Shown one piece after another: positions 21,627-30,476 of a stretch of DNA of 64,000 nucleotides. The DNA is from Candidatus Zixiibacteriota bacterium (GTDB lineage: Bacteria > Zixibacteria > MSB-5A5 > DASWLN01): NCBI GenBank assembly GCA_036396115.1, contig DASWLN010000168.1, positions 72,204 through 136,203 on the forward strand, written 5' to 3'. The notes under the pieces are model-generated. The model saw nothing but the letters and a program-made list of their open reading frames with translations, was not told the origin of the DNA and made no database searches. How positions within the stretch are numbered: the stretch's first letter is position 1; each line of letters begins with the position of its first letter. A program made the position numbers and the translations under genes.

Positions 21627-22526
21627 ATGGCATCCGATAGAAGTGTAGAATTAAGAGTGGGAATAGTTGTGATGGCGGCAATCATACTTTTGATCTTGGG
21701 AATAATCTGGGTAAAACAATATCGTTTCAACGTGGTTAGGTATGAATATAGTGTCATCTTTCCCAATGTGGGTGCTTTGGAAAAGGGAGACCCGGTAACC
21801 ATATCCGGAGTGAAGAAAGGGGAAGTTGAACAGATAAATCTTTACGAGGGAGACGTCTTGGTTGCCTTTAACCTGACTCAAGATGTGGTCTTAAAGGAAG
21901 ATGCCAAATTTAGCGTGATGAACATCGGGCTTATGGGTGAGCGTTACATTGAAATCTTCACCGGTCATAGCGATAAGCTATTGGATCTGTCCAAGCCGGT
22001 GAGGGGATACTATGACACTGGAATTCCTGAAATAATGGGGATGATGGGTGAGGCAGTAACTGACATCAGGAATCTGGTTAGTCATCTGGAAGGGGCAATT
22101 GGGACCAAATGGTCGCAGGAATCCATAATTGAAATCACCAGAAATTTGCGTAAGGTTTCCAATGACCTGAATCAGATGATGGAAAAGAACAAAGATAAAT
22201 TTAATCGCTCAGTAGATGACCTTTCCTATGCCTCTTCTGAATTGAAAAACCTGGTCAAGGATAATAAGGGTAAGCTCCAATCCGCAGTGGACAACTTTGC
22301 CAACGCCTCAAACAGATTGGATAGCGTAACCACCAGCTTGCAGGAGGTGTCCACTTCCCTCAAGAGTTTCACTCAAAAGATAGAAAAAGGCGAAGGGACT
22401 ATGGGGAAGTTGGTTCAGGATAGCTCCCTTTATCTGGATTTGAGAAAGACCACTCAGGATTTGGATAGCTTGATTCTGGATATCAAAGCCAATCCGAAAA
22501 AGTACATAAAGCTCAAAGTGTTTTAA
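21627..22526 (+). CDS. MlaD/MCE-domain protein with a long helical C-terminal region
   Basis: N-terminal TM segment (VGIVVMAAIILLILGIIWV), MCE-like beta domain, then coiled-coil-like repeats. ATG 21627 is preferred to the track start at 21540, which overlaps EIIB. Confidence 0.75.
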   Translation: MASDRSVELRVGIVVMAAIILLILGIIWVKQYRFNVVRYEYSVIFPNVGALEKGDPVTISGVKKGEVEQINLYEGDVLVAFNLTQDVVLKEDAKFSVMNIGLMGERYIEIFTGHSDKLLDLSKPVRGYYDTGIPEIMGMMGEAVTDIRNLVSHLEGAIGTKWSQESIIEITRNLRKVSNDLNQMMEKNKDKFNRSVDDLSYASSELKNLVKDNKGKLQSAVDNFANASNRLDSVTTSLQEVSTSLKSFTQKIEKGEGTMGKLVQDSSLYLDLRKTTQDLDSLILDIKANPKKYIKLKVF

Positions 22527-22529
22527 TGA

Positions 22530-24677
22530 ATGAAGAAGATAAAATTCTCCTTTGCCATACACGATCACCAGCCCATCGGCAACTTCGAGTTCATCTTTCG
22601 AAATGCCCACAATAGGTGTTATCTTCCTTTTTTAGAGCTTTTGGAAAAATACCCTTTCTTTCGAATATCCCTTCATTTTTCAGGCATCTTACTTGAATGG
22701 ATCAAGAATAAAGAGCCAAAAACTTTGGATTTGATAAGAAGGTTAGTCCAGAGGGGACAGGTGGAGATGGTGGGAGGAGCTTTTTATGAGCCGATACTTT
22801 CAGTTATCCCGGACGAGGACAAACTTGGCCAGATAAGAAAACTAAGCAAGTTCATCCGGGATGAATTCAAATGCGATGTTTGCGGTATGTGGTTGGCGGA
22901 GAGGGTTTGGGAGCCGCATCTGCCAAAGCCCATAGCCGAGGCCGGGATAAAATACACAGTTCTGGATGATACCCATTTCAGGTATTCCGGTTTAAAAGAT
23001 GAACACCTTTTAGGATATTACATAACCGAAGAGCAGGGACATAAAATATCTCTCTTTCCGGGAAGTAAAACTCTTCGCTATGCCGTTCCCTTTAAAGAGC
23101 CAGAGGAGATAATAAATTATCTCAAAAGTATAGCGGATGAGGATGGAAAAAATTTGATAGTCTATGCAGATGACGGAGAGAAGTTTGGGCTTTGGCCTGG
23201 GACTTATAAGCATTGTTACGAAGACAGATGGATAGAGAAGTTCTTTAAGGAGATAGAAAAGAATTTAGACTGGATTGAGATGATTCATTTAAAAGAAGCT
23301 TTAGATGAGATTCCACCTTTGGGTAGAATTTATCTTCCGGTTGCCTCCTATGAGGAGATGATGCAATGGGCTCTGCCAGCAGAGGTTTTTGAGGAATATG
23401 AGGATTTGGAAAAGATCCTAAGGGAGAAGCAACTTTTTGAAAAGTATCAGGTTTTCCTGCGAGGCGGGTACTGGAGGAACTTCTTATCCAAATATCCCGA
23501 ATCCAACCAGATTCACAAGAAGATGCTATGGGTAAGAGAAAAACTTAACACAATTAAGCCTTCCTCTCAGGCTCAAAGGAAAAAACTGGACCAAGCCCAG
23601 GACTTCTTATGGAAAGGGGAGTGCAACTGCCCATATTGGCATGGTGTTTTCGGCGGATTATATCTTCCCCATTTGCGCTCAGCCATTTATCAGAACTTGA
23701 TACAAGCTGAAAGAGTACTGGATGATTTAATTCATAATAAAGGGGATTGGATAGATTATAAAGTCTTTGACTTTGACAAGGATGGCTCGGATGAAATCAT
23801 AATTGAGTCCCCCAAACTCAATCTCTATTTTCATCCCCATTGGGGAGGGGCGCTTTACGAATTAGATTACAAACCGAAACCTTTTAATCTATTGGACATC
23901 TTGAGCCGGCGCAGGGAAGGGTATCACAGGAAACTTTTAGAGCTTAAAAAGAATATCAATAAAGACAACCAGGTGGAAAGCATTCATGATATCTTTGTGG
24001 CAAAGGAGGAAGGTTTAGAGAAGTTTTTGAATTACGATTGGTACCGGCACGGCTCTTTAATTGACCATTTTTTAGGTGAAAATGCAAAACTGGAGGATTT
24101 CTCCAAATCCAAATATGGAGAGCAGGGAGATTTTGTAAATCAGCCTTTTGTGCCTAAAATCGAAAAACAGAAAAGTAAAATAATCTTGAGTCTAAAAAGA
24201 GATGGATTTGTCTGGGTGGGAAAAAACAGGATACCGATAAGTCTGGAAAAGAAAATAAAAATTAGTTCAAAAACATCTGAACTGAACATAGTTTATAGTT
24301 TGACCAATAACTCCAACCAGGAAATCCAGCTTTGGTTTGGAGTTGAGTTTAATTTTGGAATGCTTTCCGGGGAAGATACTAAAAGATATTATTATATATT
24401 GGGTCAGAATCCGGAAAACAGCAAGTTGAATAGCGTAGGTCAATCTGCGGATACTGGGGAATTCGGAATAAAGGATGAACATCTGGGTTTGAACATAAAT
24501 TTAAAAGTCGATAAATCTGCAGAATTGTGGCGTTTTCCTATTCAGACTATATCCTTGTCAGAGAGCGGCTTTGAGAAGAATTACCAGTCTTCGGTTTTAT
24601 TCCCCAATTGGAAGATAAACTTAGCCCCGAAGGAAACTTGGGAAGTTAGCATCATTCAAGAAATCTCCAACTTATAA
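22530..24677 (+). CDS. Glycoside hydrolase family 57 alpha-glucan-active enzyme
   Basis: N-terminal FAIHDHQPIGNF and later WLAERVWEP and ADDGEKFG motifs, all characteristic of GH57. Confidence 0.85.
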   Translation: MKKIKFSFAIHDHQPIGNFEFIFRNAHNRCYLPFLELLEKYPFFRISLHFSGILLEWIKNKEPKTLDLIRRLVQRGQVEMVGGAFYEPILSVIPDEDKLGQIRKLSKFIRDEFKCDVCGMWLAERVWEPHLPKPIAEAGIKYTVLDDTHFRYSGLKDEHLLGYYITEEQGHKISLFPGSKTLRYAVPFKEPEEIINYLKSIADEDGKNLIVYADDGEKFGLWPGTYKHCYEDRWIEKFFKEIEKNLDWIEMIHLKEALDEIPPLGRIYLPVASYEEMMQWALPAEVFEEYEDLEKILREKQLFEKYQVFLRGGYWRNFLSKYPESNQIHKKMLWVREKLNTIKPSSQAQRKKLDQAQDFLWKGECNCPYWHGVFGGLYLPHLRSAIYQNLIQAERVLDDLIHNKGDWIDYKVFDFDKDGSDEIIIESPKLNLYFHPHWGGALYELDYKPKPFNLLDILSRRREGYHRKLLELKKNINKDNQVESIHDIFVAKEEGLEKFLNYDWYRHGSLIDHFLGENAKLEDFSKSKYGEQGDFVNQPFVPKIEKQKSKIILSLKRDGFVWVGKNRIPISLEKKIKISSKTSELNIVYSLTNNSNQEIQLWFGVEFNFGMLSGEDTKRYYYILGQNPENSKLNSVGQSADTGEFGIKDEHLGLNINLKVDKSAELWRFPIQTISLSESGFEKNYQSSVLFPNWKINLAPKETWEVSIIQEISNL

Positions 24678-25127
24678 TCCAACTCTTCTTAACTTCGCTC
24701 TTATCTTATCTATATGCGTTCCCTTCCAGAAAACCTTATCACATTTGTTACAGATGACGAAATCTTTTTGGGTTTTGAAAACGTAAGGAGGAATTTTATC
24801 TTTTGCTTTGTCTTTTTCGACTTCTTCTAAGATATTGTTACACAACAAGCAACGAGAGAAAAAACCTTCTTTTTTCGGTTTTAATTCGAAATACTCAATT
24901 ACTTGCTTTAGCTGTTCTAAGGGATTATCGCTTGTTATCAAAAGTTGATTTTGGGCTATCTTAAATCTTGCCAATTTAGTGTCGCGGGTTAAGATAACCC
25001 TGTTTTGTTCCAAGGATTGCCTGATTAGTTTATAGTCATCCAGATCTTTTTCAAATAGCGTATCATACCCTAAGGTTCTCAAGAGCTTGGCTAACTTTCC
25101 CAGATTATCATCACAGATGAATTTCAT
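24672..25127 (-). CDS. Mut7-C RNase domain protein (PIN-like fold plus C-terminal zinc ribbon)
   Basis: MKFICDDNLGKLAKLLRTLGYDT N-terminus and CLLCN...CNKC zinc ribbon. Confidence 0.8.
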   Translation of the reverse strand: MKFICDDNLGKLAKLLRTLGYDTLFEKDLDDYKLIRQSLEQNRVILTRDTKLARFKIAQNQLLITSDNPLEQLKQVIEYFELKPKKEGFFSRCLLCNNILEEVEKDKAKDKIPPYVFKTQKDFVICNKCDKVFWKGTHIDKIRAKLRRVGL

Positions 25128-25142
25128 TTCCCCTCCCTTTTT

Positions 25143-25170
25143 ATGATATTGTCTGATTTTCGTTTGTCAA
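25143..25170 (-). promoter_or_regulatory. Candidate sigma-70-type promoter for the Mut7-C gene
   Basis: Minus strand reads TTGACA-16 nt-TATCAT, just upstream of GGGAGGG and the ATG. Confidence 0.4.
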
Positions 25171-25187
25171 CACCTAAGTTTTTCAGG

Positions 25188-25284
25188 ACTATCCCCACTT
25201 TTTTCCAAGACATTCCAGAACGTGTTAATAGCTATCCCTCAGTTTCTCTCTCCCCTCAGGGGAGAGAGAAAGAGTGAGGGGGAA
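25188..25284 (+). repeat. About 97-bp intergenic repeat, family 2, copy 2
   Basis: Aligns with 9298-9394 (CCCACTTTTTT.CAAGACA...GTTTCTCTCTCCCCT..GGGGAGAGAGAAAGAG.GAGGGGG). Confidence 0.7.
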
Positions 25285-25542
25285 GAAAAAGATGCCACAA
25301 TAGCTTCACAGCCGTGATGCTCCTCACCCTCACCTTGATCCTCTCCCTCGAAGGGAGAGGATAAAAAAGGAGTAATCCTTCTTTTAAAGACAAGAATTGC
25401 CTTCCTGTTCTTTCCGACCTTTAAATTCTCCTTGCCTCACGAACACCCCCCATCTCTCCATAATACTGTTTTTGGCGACAATCCTGTTAAGTTTTGGGGT
25501 ATTTGCTTGCGTCAGAGCAAGCCCTATCTTATATTGTAGGAT

Positions 25543-26334
25543 ATGAAAAAAGATAAAGCTGAAAGGCTTAAATTCAGACAAACAGCAGTTAAGGCGGCCC
25601 TAGAAGCCGGAGAGATCCTGCTTGAGAACCGAGGTAAAAGAAATAAAATCGGGTACAAGGGAGAGGTGAATTTAGTTACAGAGGTGGATTTCCTGTCTGA
25701 GAAAGCCATACTCAGGATAATAAGAAAAAACTTTCCTGACCATTCCATATTAACTGAGGAAACCATTGGTCAAAGAAGAGATTCGCCTTATTGCTGGATA
25801 GTTGACCCCTTGGACGGAACAACCAATTACGCACATGGTTTTCCAGTATATTGCATTTCAATTGCTTTACAGAAAGACAAGGAGGTAATCTTGGGGGCGG
25901 TTTATAACCCTCTTTTGAAAGAGTTGTTCTTAGCTGAAAAAGGGAAAGGTGCTTTCTTGAACGGCAAAAGGATATTCGTGTCCAAAACCAAAAAACTCTC
26001 CCAATCTCTTTTGGCAACCGGATTTCCTTACGACATAAGGACCAGCAATGAAAACAATCTGGATTATTTCAACAAATTTGCGGTCAAAGCTCAAGCTATA
26101 AGGCGGGCTGGTTCCGCGGCTTTGGATTTGTGTTATCTGGCTATGGGAAGATTCGATGGTTTTTGGGAATTAAAGCTCTCTCCCTGGGATACAGCCGCAG
26201 GGATTTTGATCATAACTGAAGCAGGTGGAAAGACAAGCGATTTTTCAGGCAAGAAGTTTGGTATCTTCTCCAAAAAGTTAGTTGCTTCAAACAATTGGAT
26301 TCATAGAGAAATACTTGAGGTCATAAATTCGTAA
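25543..26334 (+). CDS. Inositol monophosphatase family protein (SuhB-like)
   Basis: WIVDPLDGTTNY and SPWDTAAG motifs. Confidence 0.85.
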   Translation: MKKDKAERLKFRQTAVKAALEAGEILLENRGKRNKIGYKGEVNLVTEVDFLSEKAILRIIRKNFPDHSILTEETIGQRRDSPYCWIVDPLDGTTNYAHGFPVYCISIALQKDKEVILGAVYNPLLKELFLAEKGKGAFLNGKRIFVSKTKKLSQSLLATGFPYDIRTSNENNLDYFNKFAVKAQAIRRAGSAALDLCYLAMGRFDGFWELKLSPWDTAAGILIITEAGGKTSDFSGKKFGIFSKKLVASNNWIHREILEVINS

Positions 26335-26372
26335 TTCATTGTGAAGCTTGGACATACAATAGTAGAATTAAC

Positions 26373-26400
26373 TTGACAAAATCTTTATTTTTTGTATAGA
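26373..26400 (+). promoter_or_regulatory. Candidate sigma-70-type promoter
   Basis: TTGACA-16 nt-TATAGA. If active, the transcript would read through about 500 nt of repeat DNA before the aldolase-family gene. Confidence 0.35.
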
Positions 26401-26405
26401 GTTAT

Positions 26406-26570
26406 TAGTTCAAACGCATTAATTTACGTTCAATAAATCTCCCCTCGCCCCTCTTTTTCAAAGAGGGGGAAAAAGAGGTCTCCCCCTTTGAAAAAGGGGG
26501 ATTTGAGGGGGATTTTAAAATAGATTGCATATTGCTCTAATGTGTAACAACATTTGATGCGTTTGCTATA
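26406..26570 (-). repeat. MITE-like TIR element, copy C (subfamily 2, no nested module)
   Basis: CAAACGCATTAATTTACGTTCAATAAATCTCCCCT ... GATGCGTTTGCTATA. Twin hairpins are present. Confidence 0.75.
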
Positions 26571-26633
26571 GTTTAAGCGCATCAAATGAAGTATCATTGA
26601 GGCCGTGTAGTAGGACCTAAGAGTGCCCATTTT

Positions 26634-26868
26634 GTCATTCTGAGCGAAGCGAAGAATCTAATAGTTTCAATAGGTTAGAAAATCGAGATTCTTCCCCATA
26701 TGGGTCAGAATGACATTGCGACACGGTCTGATTGCGAGGAGTCCCGACAAAATCAGGACGACGAAGTCCCGTCTTTACGGGACGGCACTCCCCCGATCTC
26801 AAGATGCAGAATTCGCATAAATCGGGGTCGCTCGCCCTAAACCAGAACGGTTTGGGGCTCGCAATGAC
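26634..26868. repeat. Two adjacent closed multi-hairpin modules
   Basis: Module 1 (26634-26714) is closed by GTCATTCTGA/TCAGAATGAC. Module 2 (26731-26868) is closed by ATTGCGAG/CTCGCAAT and has inner hairpins GTCCCGT/ACGGGAC and CCCCGAT/ATCGGGG. Confidence 0.65.
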
Positions 26869-26901
26869 AATGCAAAGTCATTTAGTGAGTGTGAATATAA
26901 T

Positions 26902-27537
26902 ATGAAGAGAGAAGATAGTATAAGAGCCGATATAGTTGCGGTTTGCCAAAGGATATACCAAAATGGGTTTGTTGCGGCAAATGATGGAAATGTCAGCGTA
27001 AAGTTGTCTGATAGTAGAATATTGGTTACCCCTACAGGAAGAAGTAAAGGCTCTCTGACCCGAGAAGAGTTATTAATAATTGATTCCAAGGGAAAAATGC
27101 TGAAGGGGAACTTGAAGCCGACTTCAGAGTTGCCCCTTATTCTTTATGCCTATCAGAAAAGAAAGGATATTAAGGCAACTGTGCATGCCCATCCGCCTTA
27201 TAGCACAAGCTTGGGTCTTGCAGGGATTGGATTGCCCAAAGATGTCTTGCCAGAGGTATTCTTGACTTTAGGGGAAGTCCCTCTGGCCAAATACGGCACC
27301 CCTTCGACTGCAGAGTTGGCTAATTCAGTTTCTGATTACATAAAAGACCATGATGCAATTTTGTTGAAAAATCACGGAGTTTTGACCTTAGGCAAGAGCG
27401 TGGAAGAGGCTTATTATAAACTTGAAAGAGTGGAGCATTTCGCTCATATTTTGTGGTTGGCTATTGGTTTGGGGAGAGTGGATAGACTTTCGAAGAAGGA
27501 TATGAATAAATTGATAAAACTAAAAAAACCTAGATAA
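26902..27537 (+). CDS. Class II aldolase/adducin-family protein (FucA/MtnB-like)
   Basis: NDGNVS, HAHPPY and NHGVLTLG metal- and substrate-site motifs. Confidence 0.8.
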   Translation: MKREDSIRADIVAVCQRIYQNGFVAANDGNVSVKLSDSRILVTPTGRSKGSLTREELLIIDSKGKMLKGNLKPTSELPLILYAYQKRKDIKATVHAHPPYSTSLGLAGIGLPKDVLPEVFLTLGEVPLAKYGTPSTAELANSVSDYIKDHDAILLKNHGVLTLGKSVEEAYYKLERVEHFAHILWLAIGLGRVDRLSKKDMNKLIKLKKPR

Positions 27538-27542
27538 AAGGG

Positions 27543-29744
27543 GTGCTTATGAAAACGCTATTGAAGTGCTTATTTGTAGTTCTTATTGCTTCAGTAGTTG
27601 GTTTCTTGTTCGGTGGTTGTTCGAAGAAGACGACTTCCCCTACTACTCCCGGAGAAATCACAGTAACAGGAAAAGTTGACTTACCTTCAGGAGCAAGTAT
27701 TGAGCCGGAAAGTTTGGTTGTTCTGTCCCCGGTCAATTCAGACGCTATTGGTTCTGATAGTTCGTTCAGTGCTAATCTTCCTCCGAATACCGCGATAGGT
27801 GTAATGTGTATTACTGACAAGAATGATGACCCGCTTCTCTTAGGATATATATTCACGAGCGGTTTTAATCCAACTTTCCCCAAAGTTAAATCTGCATACA
27901 AAACCAATATTATATCAAATTCGGGTGAAGCAGTAACAATCAATAGCCAGACCACAGCTCTTTCTTTGATTATGTTAAGTCCTCTTTTAATTGGCTCCAG
28001 CCCAGAGCAGAGAAATGAATTTGCCCAACGAGCGGTGGACCATCAGGATTTTCCCTCCCTTGTATCAGACATTGACAATATGATAGTTAATAACCCGGAA
28101 AACTACCTAACAGACAGCACCAAAAGTCCACAGATATTTCAAAAAGCGGCTAGCATAAGTTTGGACGTTCTAAGAAGCTTTGAACAAGAGAGTTTAATGA
28201 AGGCGCAGAAAACTCTCAGAGCCAATCCATCCATAGAGGATGCCGCAGGGACAAAGGTAAATTTCATAAATCCTTATTATATCTTCTATGGAACAGGTAT
28301 ATACGATTATTCTACGAGTGACGAGATTGATGTTTTTGTGCAGAGTCCGAGGAAGTTATTTTGGGGAACAATTCCTTATTTAGGTCCTGATGGCAAGACT
28401 GAATATGACCTCGGCAACGGTGATTTTAACATCCAGATATATAAGGGTTTTCATTGGTTTCCACTAAACCTAAGTGATCCCAAGTGCATAGCTACTTGGT
28501 ATAACACAGGGCAAGGGCTATTAAATATATTAGATTTAATCGTCTGCATACCAGGAGTGACGAACTCAATTTCCACAATAGGTATAATTGTCCAAAATGC
28601 CAGTGATTTTAAAGGCGCAGTAGAGTTAGGTGCAGCTTTAAGGGAGGGAGACACCTTCGAAGCCATATTAGGTTTTTTAAGGTTTATAAGTTCCAACACA
28701 TACCAGATCTTAGTTAGTGTATTGCAAAGCTCTTCGACACCTGAAAATATCTCCAAATATCTTAATGTTACAAAGAACGTGGCAGGTAATGTTACCATTG
28801 CTTTAAGGGCCTTGAATGCCGCAACTAAAATCCCTTTCTTCTTAGATATTGCCTATCTTGCACCACCCGAGCTTGAGTATGATGTATCTCAGGTTGATGG
28901 AAACTTGGGGTTCATTAACAGACCGTTGGGAAAGATAGCTTTCTACTCAACTAGAGACGGAGGATACGATAAAATCTATGTTATGAATGCAGATGGAACC
29001 CAACAAACGAGATTGACAGACAATACTTCTAGTAATCAACACCCTTCTTGGTCTCCTGATGGAGACAAGATAGCCTTTGTGTCACATAGAGATGGATACA
29101 GTGAAATCTATGTTATGAATGCAGATGGAACCCAACAAACGAGATTGACAAATAGTCCTAGTGGGGATTATTGGGGGAATTTCCATCCTTCTTGGTCTCC
29201 TGATGGTCAAAAGATAGCTTTTATGTCAGATAGAGATGGAAATTGGAAAATCTATGTTATGAATGCAGATGGAAGTGGTCAGATGAATTTGACAAATAAT
29301 ACTGTTTGGGAGATGTATCCCTGCTGGTCCCCAAACGGAGAAAAAATAGCCTTTACAAGAGCCGGACAGATGTTGGGGATTTATGTTATGAATGCAGATG
29401 GAACCCAACAAACGAGATTGACAGACAACCCTTACTTTTTTAATGATCAATATCCTTCTTGGTCTCCTGATGGTCAAAAGATAGCTTTTACTTCAACTAG
29501 AGATGGATACAGTGAAATCTATATTATGAATGCAGATGGAAGCGAGCAGACAAACTTGACAAATAATGATAGTGGTGATGGGAGTCCCTGTTGGGGTCCT
29601 GATGGAGAAAAGATAGCTTTTGAGTCATACAGAGATGGAAATTGGGAAATCTATGTTATGAATGCAGATGGAAGCGAACAGACAAGATTGACATTTAATA
29701 GTATTACGGGACACTATGATGGGTGCCCTTCCTGGACTCGTTGA
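27543..29744 (+). CDS. Lipoprotein with an unrecognised N-terminal region of about 460 aa and a six-blade TolB-like (PD40) beta-propeller
   Basis: Lipobox LFGGCS. C-terminal six repeats of IAF.S.RDG..EIYVMNADG..QTRLTN...PSWSPDG. Confidence 0.8.
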   Translation: MLMKTLLKCLFVVLIASVVGFLFGGCSKKTTSPTTPGEITVTGKVDLPSGASIEPESLVVLSPVNSDAIGSDSSFSANLPPNTAIGVMCITDKNDDPLLLGYIFTSGFNPTFPKVKSAYKTNIISNSGEAVTINSQTTALSLIMLSPLLIGSSPEQRNEFAQRAVDHQDFPSLVSDIDNMIVNNPENYLTDSTKSPQIFQKAASISLDVLRSFEQESLMKAQKTLRANPSIEDAAGTKVNFINPYYIFYGTGIYDYSTSDEIDVFVQSPRKLFWGTIPYLGPDGKTEYDLGNGDFNIQIYKGFHWFPLNLSDPKCIATWYNTGQGLLNILDLIVCIPGVTNSISTIGIIVQNASDFKGAVELGAALREGDTFEAILGFLRFISSNTYQILVSVLQSSSTPENISKYLNVTKNVAGNVTIALRALNAATKIPFFLDIAYLAPPELEYDVSQVDGNLGFINRPLGKIAFYSTRDGGYDKIYVMNADGTQQTRLTDNTSSNQHPSWSPDGDKIAFVSHRDGYSEIYVMNADGTQQTRLTNSPSGDYWGNFHPSWSPDGQKIAFMSDRDGNWKIYVMNADGSGQMNLTNNTVWEMYPCWSPNGEKIAFTRAGQMLGIYVMNADGTQQTRLTDNPYFFNDQYPSWSPDGQKIAFTSTRDGYSEIYIMNADGSEQTNLTNNDSGDGSPCWGPDGEKIAFESYRDGNWEIYVMNADGSEQTRLTFNSITGHYDGCPSWTR
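28927..29744 (+). repeat. Six tandem coding repeats (PD40 blades, about 132-144 nt each)
   Basis: ATCTATGTTATGAATGCAGATGGAACCCAACAAACGAGATTGACA is nucleotide-identical in blades 1 and 2. Blade 4 matches it from TATGTTATG onward. Confidence 0.85.
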
Positions 29745-30476
29745 GAGTTTGAATTACTGATCTTCGTATAAGTAATGAAAAAATTTTTCATCGACCACAA
29801 TCTCCTCTTTTTTATAATCCCCCTTAATCCCCCTTTTATAAAGGGGGACAAAGGGGGATTAAAAGAGAGAAGAAAGACTTTTCATTGCTTAGGCGTAACT
29901 CAATAATACGTATGCGATACGATTTTTTGAAGTATCAAAAACAGTCCTTGGCATAGCAGAAGTGGAAAAAAATAATAAAAACGGGCTTGACCCTTCGACA
30001 GGCTCAGGATGGTGAGCAAAGTCGAACCATAAATTAAGCCCCTACGGAAAGACAATTCTAAGTTTTGACTTTCGGGGTTGGAGAATTTGTAGGGGTCGGA
30101 TTCCCTGGCCATGGAGGTCGAGCGGGAAGAGACGGGCAGGCATCCGACCCGAAAGATACAAAATAGCGGGTTCGATGTCGTCAAGATGCTGTGCAAATCC
30201 CTGGCCGGGCAGGCGCACCCGTGCAAAATCTTTAGAACAGCAAGATTGCTTCGCTTCCCCGATAAAACGGGGTCGCCCGCAATAGCAAGATAATTTCTTG
30301 TTTGTCATTCCTGCGGAAGCAGGAATCCAGAAGAGAAGAAACAGGTATGGATCCCCGATTAAACCCTCGGGGATGACAGAACAAGACAAGCGGAGATTGA
30401 ACTACAAAAGGACCACGCCTGTAAAGGCGTGAGTACCTATGGAATGAAAGTAAGTTGATAAAACAGGCATAATCTT
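29745..30476. repeat. 732-bp non-coding repeat mosaic
   Basis: Contains a solo MITE-core-like hairpin (29816-29866), a GTTCGAC-family unit (about 29990-30030), the CCCTGGCCGGGCAGG motif (30198-30213), and the closed module GTCATTCC...GGGGATGAC (30304-30377). Confidence 0.65.

Noticed and set aside
25441-25542. Possible sigma-54 promoter (GG-N10-GC with TTGC, at about 25495-25510) upstream of the IMPase-family gene, given rpoN in the window.
   Set aside because: The -24 element reads GGGGTA rather than TGGCAC. Only the GG/GC spacing and TTGC match, and no enhancer-binding protein gene is nearby. This is too weak to call.
28927-29744. Regularly spaced near-identical repeats of about 45 nt that could suggest a CRISPR array or satellite.
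   Set aside because: They are in-frame blades of a PD40 beta-propeller within one long ORF. The spacers between them are homologous to each other, and there are no cas genes.
27543-29744. Possible diversity-generating retroelement target, given the variable loops in a repeated C-terminal domain.
   Set aside because: There is no reverse transcriptase, no template repeat, and no adenine-specific mismatch pattern between repeats anywhere in the window.
29745-30476. The 732-bp gene-free region, examined for tRNA, tmRNA, RNase P, SRP RNA, a group II intron or a retron-like ncRNA.
   Set aside because: I could recognise no hallmark sequence such as a T-loop/acceptor pattern, the RNase P GAGGAAAGUCC box, the SRP GGAA tetraloop helix, or intron domain V. 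The content is explained by dispersed repeat families. A covariance-model scan (Infernal/Rfam) would be needed to exclude these firmly.
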